Source: an uncultured Ruminococcus sp.
Lineage (GTDB): Bacteria; Bacillota; Clostridia; Oscillospirales; CAG-272
NCBI GenBank assembly: GCA_964494135.1
Contig: CAZBQN010000006.1
Coordinates: forward strand, 2,806 to 66,805
DNA length: 64,000 nucleotides
Direction of reading: 5' to 3'
Below, piece by piece: positions 40,988 through 49,549 of the stretch (position 1 is its first letter; each line of letters starts with the position of its first letter). The position numbers were made by a program, and so were the translations under genes. The notes under the pieces were generated by a model. It saw only the letters and a program-made list of their open reading frames with translations, was not told the DNA's origin and ran no database searches.

Positions 40988-42931
40988 ATGAATATGATGC
41001 CGCCTCACCCCGGAGGACGTATGAATTCTCCCGACCGGGCAAAGGATAAAAAAGAAAAATTACGTCTTCGTGACATACCGCATGCCATACTCGGCACCGT
41101 CGGTACATTCATATCCAGACTGTTTTACATAATCGGTCTTGTATGGAAGTCTGCACCGCTATTGCTGATTTTGATGATGGCGTTCTGCATACTTGACGGT
41201 GTTTTGCCGGTTTTCGGAGCGTACATATCCCGCGACCTTTTAAACGGTATTGCCGCCCTTATCACGGACAGACCTGTAAGCACGGAGTTTTCCGAGATAT
41301 TCAAGGTAATTGAACCGCTTCTGTTTCTGTTTATAATGAATATCGTATACCTTTTTTTGCGGAAGGTGCTGTCGAAGATGAACTCCATGGTTACCGGAAT
41401 TGCCGGTGAGCTGGTAGTCAACCATATCAAGCTTATGATAATCAACAAGGCGCGTGAGGTTGACCTGTCCAGCTACGATAAGCCCGAGTTTTACGAAAAA
41501 CTTGAAAACGCAAACCGCGAGGCAGGTATGCGCCCTATCAGTATTCTTAACGCAACCTTTAACGTAATAAGCGCGGTAATAAGTGCCGTATCCTTTGTGG
41601 CAGTTCTTACCACGTTAAGTCCTTGGGCACCGGTTATCATCATCATTGCCGCCGTTCCCGGAGCGATAGCGAACTTCTTCTGGCGCAACAAGAACTTCAG
41701 ATACGTACGCTTCCATTCCAAGGAAAGAAGACAAATGAATTATTACTCCGGGCTTATGGTCAACAAGGACCGCGTAAAGGAAAACAAGATCCTCGGGCTC
41801 GGCGACACGATAATCGACAACTACAAAAAGGCTTTTGCAAAGTATTTCAAGGGCTTGAAGCGGCTTATTCTGCGCGAGGGTATAGTTCAGATAACGGTGG
41901 GACTGCTGTCCGTGCTCGTCCAGGGCGCGCTGTTTGCGTACATCGCATTCAGCGTAATATCCGGTGACGGTCTTGTCGGCGATTATTCGCTGTATTCGGG
42001 AGCCTTGACCTCGATTGCAGGCTATGTTTCAACCCTGCTCACCGCCACGGTGACAATATACGAGGGTACTCTGTTCATTGATAATATGATTACCTTTATG
42101 AATGAAAAGCCTGAGATCGTCGCCGCCGAGGAGCAGCCTCTTTCTCCCAAGCGCGGCGTGCCGCATACGCTGGAGCTTCGCGGAGTTTCGTTCTGCTATC
42201 CGGGTTCGGAGAACTACGTCCTGCGCGACGTGAATCTGAAGATAGACTCCTCCGATTCGGTTGTGCTGGTCGGTCTTAACGGAGCGGGAAAAACCACGCT
42301 TATCAAGCTTTTGACCAGGCTTTACGACCCTACCGAGGGTGCAATATATCTTGACGGCGTTGACGTCAGACGGTACTCGCCCGAAGAATATTATGACTTG
42401 TTCGGTATAATATTCCAGGATTTCGGCAAATACGCCGAGAGCGCAAGAGAGAATATCCGATACGGCGACGTGAAGAAGGAAAGTACCGATGAGAAAATAA
42501 TTTCCGCCGCCGTCTCAGGCGGTGCCGACGAATTCATCGAGGCGTTGCCAGACGGCTATGATACACCCCTGACCCGAATGTTTGAGGAGAACGGAGTAGA
42601 GTTATCGGGCGGTCAATGGCAGAAGCTGTCGGTTGCCCGCGCATTCTACAAGGATTCCGACATACTTATTCTTGACGAGCCTACAGCGTCCCTTGACCCC
42701 ATGGCGGAGCAGGCGGTGTTTGACCGCTATTCCGAGCTTTCAAAAGGAAAAATATCCGTCTTCGTGTCGCATAAGCTTTCAAGTGCTGTGAGCGCTACGA
42801 AAATCGTGGTTCTTGACAGCGGCACGGTAGCAGAGGTCGGCAGTCACGAGGAGCTGATGAAGCAAAAGGGCAAGTATTACAGTCTTTTCACCGTTCAGGC
42901 ACATAGATATACCGGTTTGGATTATGATTAA
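40988..42931 (+). CDS. ABC exporter, fused permease/ATPase
   Basis: TM domain, then Walker A GLNGAGKTT, signature LSGGQWQK and Walker B ILILDEPTASLD. Confidence 0.85.
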   Translation: MNMMPPHPGGRMNSPDRAKDKKEKLRLRDIPHAILGTVGTFISRLFYIIGLVWKSAPLLLILMMAFCILDGVLPVFGAYISRDLLNGIAALITDRPVSTEFSEIFKVIEPLLFLFIMNIVYLFLRKVLSKMNSMVTGIAGELVVNHIKLMIINKAREVDLSSYDKPEFYEKLENANREAGMRPISILNATFNVISAVISAVSFVAVLTTLSPWAPVIIIIAAVPGAIANFFWRNKNFRYVRFHSKERRQMNYYSGLMVNKDRVKENKILGLGDTIIDNYKKAFAKYFKGLKRLILREGIVQITVGLLSVLVQGALFAYIAFSVISGDGLVGDYSLYSGALTSIAGYVSTLLTATVTIYEGTLFIDNMITFMNEKPEIVAAEEQPLSPKRGVPHTLELRGVSFCYPGSENYVLRDVNLKIDSSDSVVLVGLNGAGKTTLIKLLTRLYDPTEGAIYLDGVDVRRYSPEEYYDLFGIIFQDFGKYAESARENIRYGDVKKESTDEKIISAAVSGGADEFIEALPDGYDTPLTRMFEENGVELSGGQWQKLSVARAFYKDSDILILDEPTASLDPMAEQAVFDRYSELSKGKISVFVSHKLSSAVSATKIVVLDSGTVAEVGSHEELMKQKGKYYSLFTVQAHRYTGLDYD

Positions 42932-42936
42932 TTTAT

Positions 42937-43006
42937 AAAAAACTCACCCGGGTTTGCATAAGTCCGCATTTAACAGACTTGTGCATCCGCAAGGGTGAGT
43001 TTTTTC
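42937..43006. terminator. Bidirectional intrinsic terminator between convergent genes
   Basis: AAAAACTCACCC...GGGTGAGTTTTTT with inner pairing TGCATAAGTC/GACTTGTGCA. A-tract and T-tract lie on either side. Confidence 0.7.
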
Positions 43007-43043
43007 ATCTTTATTCGGTTATGCTTTACTAAAAAGCAATATA

Positions 43044-44858
43044 TCAGCTTCCCGCAGATAGGGAAGTGAATTTTTCCAGTGCCGATACGAAGTCGGAGAA
43101 TGCGCTCTTTTCAAAGGGAGAGTCAAGCCCGACCTTTTCCAAAAGCTCCTGATAGCTGTCCGTATTTCTTTCAAGAAGGGCGGCAAATATATTTGCACCT
43201 GCGCCGGTTTCTGCCTGTTCAAGCTCAAGCACGCGGACGGCGCCGAGTGCCGAGGTTACGTACGCCTCGTTGGTCAGGGGCGCGGTAATGCTTTTTTCCG
43301 AAATTACGCCGTCTAGGGTGATTTCTGCTTCGTACAGCTCCATGCCGAGAATTCTTGCAAGCTCCTCAAGACGTTCTTCTGTGATCTCGTAGTACTCCAG
43401 CTTATAGACCTCGTGCTCGTAAAGCGAATACCTGACAGACGCTTCAAGCTCAGCGAGCATATTGTATACCGTCAGCAGCTTAGTATAGCCGAAGGCGGAA
43501 GCCGAGAGCTTCTTATCAAGCTTGGTCAAGCAGAGAAGCTCTGAGGTAAGCGAATAAAGCTCGGAAATTCCCTGAAAGTCTGCGAAACCGTAGTTGACAT
43601 ATCCGTCAAGGAAGCTGCCGAACAGGAAAGAAATTTTTTCGTAGTCGTATATGTTATCGCGGACCGTTACGAAAATAACCGGCGAGTTGTTTGCACTTAT
43701 GTACTCTGCGAATCCTGCGGTGTGTCTGACGTCCGCACTTTCCTTAATGTCGTACAGTCCGTGCTGGAGCATATAAGCGAAGGCATCGCCGAACTCCGGA
43801 TTCATCTGACTGTATACACTGTACATATCGTTGACGGTGACCTCGTAATCCTGCTTGGGAATACTCTGTCCGATAAGAGCCTGTTCGATCTTTTCCGCCA
43901 GAACATCAAGAGAGCCAAGCGCAGACTTTGCGTTTTGCAAAAGAGTATTCATCTGCGCCTCTGTGTAATCACAGCCCAAATTTTTATAGGCAACCTCAAT
44001 GTAGCTTGAACAGCCAAGCTCGTCCGCTATTTGGCGGCGCACCTTAACCAGCTCGGTGAATACGGCTCTGCGCTTTGCATTTATTGCATCGTTGTAAAGC
44101 GCGGTATAAATTGCTTTGTTGCTCAGATATTTGTTCGAGCCTTCACCGTATTTTTCGGCAAGCTCTGCCAGCATTTCTGTCAGCGTGCCGGTAGAATCGC
44201 CGTAGGTAATTTCCACGTTGTCGGGGGATAAATGACGGTATTCGGACAGAATCTCTGCCTCCTGTCTGTAAAGCTCTTTCAGAGTGTCGGTTACCGTGTA
44301 ATCAAGATATTGATCAAGGCTGTATCCGAATAGTTCTTCTTCAAGAGCCGCTTTGTACACCGATTTTGCACAAGCCGAGAGAAGCTCGCGGTTTGCAAGT
44401 GTCAGGTCAATCAGATATTCCGAGAAATATATCTCTTCTTCCTTCCAAAACTCAACCGACGAGTCTCTTGCCGCGCTGATCCTTACCAGCGACAGCATCA
44501 TTTCGGCTTCTTCGCATTTTTTAAAGAGCGATGTAAGTGACGAAACCGTTTCGGATAAATCAAGCTCTGAGCTTGAAATTTTTTCGCTCAGCGCGAGGAC
44601 GTTTTCGGATAAGGTCCTGAGGTTCGGTCTTGTGTATACCAGCTCCGACAGGTCGGCAGTTCCTCTGCCGTAGTCCTTATAGTCGGGTGTAATGATTGAA
44701 GTGCCGTCGTCTATCGGGGGCGGATTGTTACCGTTACCGCCTCCGTTATCATCATCTGTGATGTCTTCCGAGCCGCTGTCCGGCGTACATCCGATAAGAC
44801 TAAGCATGCTCGTAAAGATTAAACATATAATGAGAAATAAAGGTATGATCCTTTTCAA
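43044..44858 (-). CDS. Lipoprotein resembling M3B oligoendopeptidase (PepF-like) but without the HExxH zinc motif
   Basis: TTG at 44858 lies 5 nt downstream of GGAGG and gives MKRIIPLFLIICLIFTSMLSLIGC, a textbook lipoprotein signal. The region RRQIADELGCSSYIEVAYKNLGCDYTEAQ resembles M3B peptidases. No HExxH occurs anywhere in the ORF. Confidence 0.6.
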   Translation of the reverse strand: MKRIIPLFLIICLIFTSMLSLIGCTPDSGSEDITDDDNGGGNGNNPPPIDDGTSIITPDYKDYGRGTADLSELVYTRPNLRTLSENVLALSEKISSSELDLSETVSSLTSLFKKCEEAEMMLSLVRISAARDSSVEFWKEEEIYFSEYLIDLTLANRELLSACAKSVYKAALEEELFGYSLDQYLDYTVTDTLKELYRQEAEILSEYRHLSPDNVEITYGDSTGTLTEMLAELAEKYGEGSNKYLSNKAIYTALYNDAINAKRRAVFTELVKVRRQIADELGCSSYIEVAYKNLGCDYTEAQMNTLLQNAKSALGSLDVLAEKIEQALIGQSIPKQDYEVTVNDMYSVYSQMNPEFGDAFAYMLQHGLYDIKESADVRHTAGFAEYISANNSPVIFVTVRDNIYDYEKISFLFGSFLDGYVNYGFADFQGISELYSLTSELLCLTKLDKKLSASAFGYTKLLTVYNMLAELEASVRYSLYEHEVYKLEYYEITEERLEELARILGMELYEAEITLDGVISEKSITAPLTNEAYVTSALGAVRVLELEQAETGAGANIFAALLERNTDSYQELLEKVGLDSPFEKSAFSDFVSALEKFTSLSAGS

Positions 44859-44871
44859 TACTACCTCCGGA

Positions 44872-45834
44872 TTATCTGCCAAGACCTGCGGCACCGATGA
44901 TACCCGCATCGTTGCCCAGTGAGGCTGTGACTATTTTAGTCTTGTTCTTGCCGTCACGGGTGTATTGCTCTCTGTCAACCATTTCGATAAGGGGACGGGT
45001 CAGATACTCTTTCTCATTACAAACACCGCCGCCTATGCAGAGCACGTGAGGCTGGAAAATATTTATCATGTTCGTAATTCCGACTGCCAGATATCCGATA
45101 TATTCGTCAACTATCTCCTTGCCGTAGCGGTCGCCATTTTTCATCGCGTTGAAGGACGTACGGGCAGTAACCTTACCGTCACGCGCCTCCTCGTCAAAGA
45201 GCATGGAGGGGATACCTTTAAGCTTGAGCTCGTTCATCTTCTCCTTCGTCATAGCAGTGAGGGCAGTTGCCGATGAGTATGCCTCCCAGCAGCCGCGTCT
45301 TCCGCAGGAGCACTGTCTTCCTCCGCAATCAATGACTGTGTGTCCCAGCTCCGCGCCCGCACAGTTCACACCGCCCGCAAAAATTTTACCGTCGATTATA
45401 ACACCGCCGCCGACACCTGTGCCGAGGGTTATCATAACGAGAGAGGGATAGTCCTTTCCCACGCCCGCAAGAGCCTCGCCGAGAGCTGCGGCGTTGGCGT
45501 CGTTTGCAATATATACTTCTTTCGCGGGATAGTATTTTTTGAACAGCGAGGAAAGAGGAAAGTTAACCATTTTGATATTATTTGAGTATTCGACGGTACC
45601 CGTGCCGGAATTTACCGTTCCGGGAGATGCAATTCCGACGTACTCAATGTCCCCGGGAGTCAGTCCGTTGCGCTCGGTAATGTCCATAGCCAAGGCTGCC
45701 ATATCCTTTACTATCAGCTCTGCATCCCTGCTTGCCAGAGTGGGAACCGAGCCCTTGTCTACAATTTCAAGCTTTTCGTTACAAAGACCTATGGCGATAT
45801 TCGTTCCGCCGAGGTCGATACCTAATGTGAACAT
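44872..45834 (-). CDS. glcK: ROK-family glucokinase
   Basis: GIDLGGTN start, the ROK zinc motif CGRRGCWEAY (C-x2-G-x2-GC-x-E) and GIIGAA at the C-terminus. ATG at 45834 follows AAAGGTGAG. Confidence 0.85.
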   Translation of the reverse strand: MFTLGIDLGGTNIAIGLCNEKLEIVDKGSVPTLASRDAELIVKDMAALAMDITERNGLTPGDIEYVGIASPGTVNSGTGTVEYSNNIKMVNFPLSSLFKKYYPAKEVYIANDANAAALGEALAGVGKDYPSLVMITLGTGVGGGVIIDGKIFAGGVNCAGAELGHTVIDCGGRQCSCGRRGCWEAYSSATALTAMTKEKMNELKLKGIPSMLFDEEARDGKVTARTSFNAMKNGDRYGKEIVDEYIGYLAVGITNMINIFQPHVLCIGGGVCNEKEYLTRPLIEMVDREQYTRDGKNKTKIVTASLGNDAGIIGAAGLGR

Positions 45835-46008
45835 AATGATTCTCACCTTTGTCAATTATTTTTTTACTTATTAAAAAACCGAAAATATTATACCTCTTTT
45901 TTATTATGTTGTCAACCGTAAAAGATGTACGCGGGGTAAATCTTTTGTCTTTCAAGGCTTATTCATAAAAAATTAACATTTTGGCAAATCTATTCTTTCG
46001 CAAGGGTA

Positions 46009-46037
46009 TTGAAAAATCCACAAAATTGGTATACAAT
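46009..46037 (+). promoter_or_regulatory. Promoter of nifS-nifU
   Basis: TTGAAA (46009-46014), 17-nt spacer, TACAAT (46032-46037). Confidence 0.5.
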
Positions 46038-46114
46038 ATACCCGAATCGACGAAATAGCCGTTTTGCATTAAGAAACGGCTGTCGGTAAGGTATATTTTT
46101 ACAGAGGTTAATAT

Positions 46115-47317
46115 ATGGCAAGATTTGTTTATGCGGACAATGCGGCTACAACGCCGGTGTCGCGCGAGGTCATAGAAGCTATGGCGCCTTGCTTCTCGGA
46201 ATGCTGGGGCAATCCGTCCAGCCAGCACGAAAAGGGATATGAGGCAAAAGCGCTGGTTGACGGCGCAAGAGCAGATATAGCAAAGGTACTGAACTGTCAG
46301 CCCGGGGAGATATATTTTACATCCTGCGGTACGGAGAGCGACAACTGGGCTATCAAAGGTGCGGCTCACCGCCTGCGCTCTAAGGGCAGAACCCACATAG
46401 TCACTACAACTATAGAGCACCATGCCGTTTTGCACACGGCGGAAGCTTTGGCTAAGGACGGCTTTGACGTAACCTACGTCGGTGTTGACTCGGACGGTGT
46501 TGTAAAGCTTGACGAGCTGCGCGAGGCTGTTACTGATAAGACTGCGATAGTTGCCGTCATGTTTGCGAACAATGAGATAGGTACGGTTCAGCCCATCAAG
46601 GAAATCGCGAAGATAGCTCACGAAAAGGGGGCTCTGATGTTCACCGATGCCGTTCAGGCGGCAGGTAACCTTAAGATAGACGTAGCCGAGCTGGGCGTGG
46701 ATATGCTGTCTTTGTCGGGACATAAAATACACGCGCCGAAGGGCATAGGCTTGCTCTACATTCGCAAGGGCGTTCTGATAGATAACCTTGTTGACGGCGG
46801 CGGTCAGGAAAGACGTAAGAGGGGCGGTACGGAGAACGTTCCTTATATAGTGGGATTCGCCAAGGCACTTCAGATAGCCGACGCGCGTATTCCCGAGCTT
46901 GATGCCGTAAGAGCAAAGCGAGACAGGCTTATCGACGGGCTTACGAAAATACCGTACTCCAAGCTTAACGGCTCCCGGGAGAAAAGATTGCCGGGTAACG
47001 TCAATATCGGCTTTGAATTCGTTGAGGGTGAAAGTATTTTGATGATGCTCGACATGGCGGGAATATGTGCATCCACGGGTTCTGCCTGCTCGTCGGCATC
47101 TCTTGACCCTTCCCATGTTCTTCTGGCAATCGGCGTGCCTCACGAGAAGGCTCACGGCTCGGTCAGACTGTCAATATCTCATGAAACCACAGACGAGGAC
47201 GTAGATTATATCCTCGAAACAATTCCCCCTATTATAGAAAGGCTGCGTTCAATGAGCCCACTATGGGAGGATGAAATGAAAAAGATTAAGGAAAGGCAAG
47301 AATATGCAGTACAGTGA
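46115..47317 (+). CDS. nifS: Cysteine desulfurase (NifS/IscS class)
   Basis: [13 protein letters not shown]-lysine motif and the GSACSS active-site Cys loop. Confidence 0.92.
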   Translation: MARFVYADNAATTPVSREVIEAMAPCFSECWGNPSSQHEKGYEAKALVDGARADIAKVLNCQPGEIYFTSCGTESDNWAIKGAAHRLRSKGRTHIVTTTIEHHAVLHTAEALAKDGFDVTYVGVDSDGVVKLDELREAVTDKTAIVAVMFANNEIGTVQPIKEIAKIAHEKGALMFTDAVQAAGNLKIDVAELGVDMLSLSGHKIHAPKGIGLLYIRKGVLIDNLVDGGGQERRKRGGTENVPYIVGFAKALQIADARIPELDAVRAKRDRLIDGLTKIPYSKLNGSREKRLPGNVNIGFEFVEGESILMMLDMAGICASTGSACSSASLDPSHVLLAIGVPHEKAHGSVRLSISHETTDEDVDYILETIPPIIERLRSMSPLWEDEMKKIKERQEYAVQ

Positions 47318-47723
47318 AAAAGTAATGGATCATTTCACCCATCCGAGAAACGTTGGTGAAATAGAGGATGCCGACGGTGTGGGCACGGTAGGAAACGCGA
47401 AATGCGGAGATATTATGAGGATATTCCTCAAAATTGATGAGAACGAGGTCATCACAGACTGTAAATTCAAGACCTTCGGATGCGGAGCGGCAATAGCTAC
47501 GTCATCCATGGCGACCGAGCTTATAAAGGGACATAAGGTCTCCGAGGCTCTTGCTTTGACAAACAGCGTTGTAGTTGAGGCTCTTGACGGGCTTCCTCCC
47601 GTAAAGGTGCACTGCTCAGTGCTCGCCGAGGAAGCTGTCAAGTATGCGGTTGCCGATTATTATAAGAAGATCGGCAGACCCATTGATTTCGAGCTTCCCG
47701 AAGAGCATGAAGAGGAAAAGTGA
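47304..47723 (+). CDS. nifU: Fe-S cluster assembly scaffold protein (NifU/IscU type)
   Basis: [23 protein letters not shown] and KVHCS motifs. Overlaps the end of nifS by 14 nt. Confidence 0.92.
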   Translation: MQYSEKVMDHFTHPRNVGEIEDADGVGTVGNAKCGDIMRIFLKIDENEVITDCKFKTFGCGAAIATSSMATELIKGHKVSEALALTNSVVVEALDGLPPVKVHCSVLAEEAVKYAVADYYKKIGRPIDFELPEEHEEEK

Positions 47724-47741
47724 AGCTAAGAAATAAGAAAG

Positions 47742-47776
47742 GCGGGGGTTGCTGCACGGCAGCAGCCCCCGCTTTA
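47742..47776 (+). terminator. GC-rich hairpin after nifU
   Basis: GCGGGGGTTGCTGC-ACG-GCAGCAGCCCCCGC (14-bp stem, one G-U pair), then TTTAT. Confidence 0.6.
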
Positions 47777-47852
47777 TGAAGGGTAATGAATTTTCGGAAA
47801 ATTCGGGGAAATGGTAATAATTAAAAAATAAGGAGACGAAATCCGGACAAAA

Positions 47853-48884
47853 ATGAAGATTTTAGTTGGAATGAGCGGAGGAGTCGACAGCTCCTATGCC
47901 GCGTATAAGCTCAGGTCGGAGGGACACACCGTGGTCGGCGCTATGCTGAAAATGCACGAGTTCTCCGACACCGCGCCTGCCCGTGCAGTATGCGAAAAAA
48001 TAGGCATTGAGTTCGTTGAGATTGACTGCACCGAGTTGTTTTCGGAAAAGGTTAAGAGATACTTCGTCACCGAGTATTCCCGTGGCAGAACCCCGAATCC
48101 GTGTATTGTGTGCAATAGGGAAGTGAAGTTTAAAGTGCTTGCCGATTATGCCAAGGAGCACGGTTTTGACAAAATCGCGACCGGTCACTACGCGAGAATT
48201 GTTGAAACTGAGAGTATGGGCGAAAAGCGATTTGCCTTTGCTCTGTCGCGGGACAGCGGCAAGGATCAGACCTATATGCTGTACCGTCTTTCTCAGGACG
48301 TACTCGGTATGCTGGTCCTGCCTTTAGCGGGGGAGATTAAAACCGATGTAAAGAAAATAGCAGCAAATCAGTCGCTGGTTTCCGAGGATGAAGAGGAGAG
48401 CCAGGAGATATGCTTTATCCGCGGTATGCATTATACCGATTATCTCATTAATGAAAAAGGCGAGTTCCCCACGGGGGATTTCGTGTCGGATGACGGAACT
48501 GTACTGGGGAGGCACAAAGGAATAATTCATTATACCGTCGGACAAAGGAAAGGGCTGGGTATTTCTCTCGGTCACCGTGCGTTTGTATCCGAGATAGACC
48601 CCGAGACGAACAGGATAACGCTTTCGGAGCAGGGAAGACTGACCGATTCGGTAAACGTGGAAAATATTGTTTTCTCCGGAATGATGGAGCCGACCGAGGA
48701 TACCGAAGCGGAGGTCGAAGTCAGGCTGCGCTATCAGGCAAAGCCGGTGCCTGCCACGGCGCATTTCGGCACGGATGGCACAGCGACGCTCAAGCTCCAT
48801 ACACCGGCAAAATCGGTGACAGCCGGTCAGTCTGCGGTAATGTATTTGGGCGATATAGTCGCAGCCGGCGGCTTTATAAAATGA
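47853..48884 (+). CDS. mnmA: tRNA 2-thiouridine(34) synthase
   Basis: GMSGGVDSS PP-loop, NPCIVCN and ATGHYAR motifs. Confidence 0.93.
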   Translation: MKILVGMSGGVDSSYAAYKLRSEGHTVVGAMLKMHEFSDTAPARAVCEKIGIEFVEIDCTELFSEKVKRYFVTEYSRGRTPNPCIVCNREVKFKVLADYAKEHGFDKIATGHYARIVETESMGEKRFAFALSRDSGKDQTYMLYRLSQDVLGMLVLPLAGEIKTDVKKIAANQSLVSEDEEESQEICFIRGMHYTDYLINEKGEFPTGDFVSDDGTVLGRHKGIIHYTVGQRKGLGISLGHRAFVSEIDPETNRITLSEQGRLTDSVNVENIVFSGMMEPTEDTEAEVEVRLRYQAKPVPATAHFGTDGTATLKLHTPAKSVTAGQSAVMYLGDIVAAGGFIK

Positions 48885-48913
48885 TTGGGATGAATATAAG
48901 CGAACACATAAAT

Positions 48914-48946
48914 AAAGAGCGGGCAGACAAGACTCGCTCTTTTTTG
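48914..48946 (+). terminator. Intrinsic terminator of mnmA
   Basis: AAAGAGCG-13 nt-CGCTCTTTTTTGG. Confidence 0.65.
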
Positions 48947-49358
48947 GTTAATTAAAGCTAAAGAAGCGGTGAAGTGGATTTAAAAAAGCAACCTTAATGT
49001 TATAAAAAAGCACTTTTTTATTCTATTTTACAAATAAAAAAGCTGATAAACGGAAATTGAGATGTAGAAAAAAATAATGTTGTTTTGTACATTATACATA
49101 AAAGAAAAAACCCGTGTCAAATTACACTTTCAAATCGTGTGCAAAGCGGTCGAATTGGTAAGTTAAATTTACTTTGTACTGTGGAAAAACAATTTTACCA
49201 CGCAAAACAGGCTTTTTATGCACAATTTAAATTACTTTCCGTAATACATTTGAAAATTGACTTTTTGGACAAGTAAACTTTTATTTACAATTGAGAAAAA
49301 AGGCAAAAGAATTCCCGTTTTTTGGGTAAAAGTTGAATTTGGTCGATTTTTTTCACGA

Positions 49359-49387
49359 TTGACAATTTAAATACAATGTGGTATAAT
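49359..49387 (+). promoter_or_regulatory. Consensus promoter of the 13-kb ABC/secreted-protein operon
   Basis: TTGACA (49359-49364), 17-nt spacer ending in TGG (extended -10), TATAAT (49382-49387). Confidence 0.7.
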
Positions 49388-49409
49388 TTGTGCGTATATA
49401 AAAGTTCTG

Positions 49410-49479
49410 CCTTTTGACGATGGTATCAACCTGAGGTCTCAACACGAGCATAGGCATCAGGCTGATATTATCGTCAAGG
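49410..49479 (+). other. Long 5'-UTR stem-loop
   Basis: CCTTTTGACGATGGTATCAACCTGA pairs with TCAGGCTGATATTATCGTCAAGG. That is about 21 bp with one mismatch and a few G-U pairs, and a 22-nt loop. It ends 70 nt before the start codon. Confidence 0.6.
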
Positions 49480-49549
49480 TCAATCCGTAAGCTTAGGCGT
49501 TGCGGTGACGTTGCAGTCTTGATACAGAAAAAAATCGGAGGATTCAGAA

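Noticed and set aside
45959-47155. 398-aa minus-strand ORF opposite nifS
   Set aside because: It is antisense to a clear cysteine desulfurase. It would also run through the nifS promoter region. No SD or motif.
49085-49276. 63-aa ORF in the AT-rich region upstream of the large operon
   Set aside because: It has no SD. Its Lys/Ile/Phe-rich translation simply reflects AT-rich DNA. A small protein cannot be excluded without expression data.
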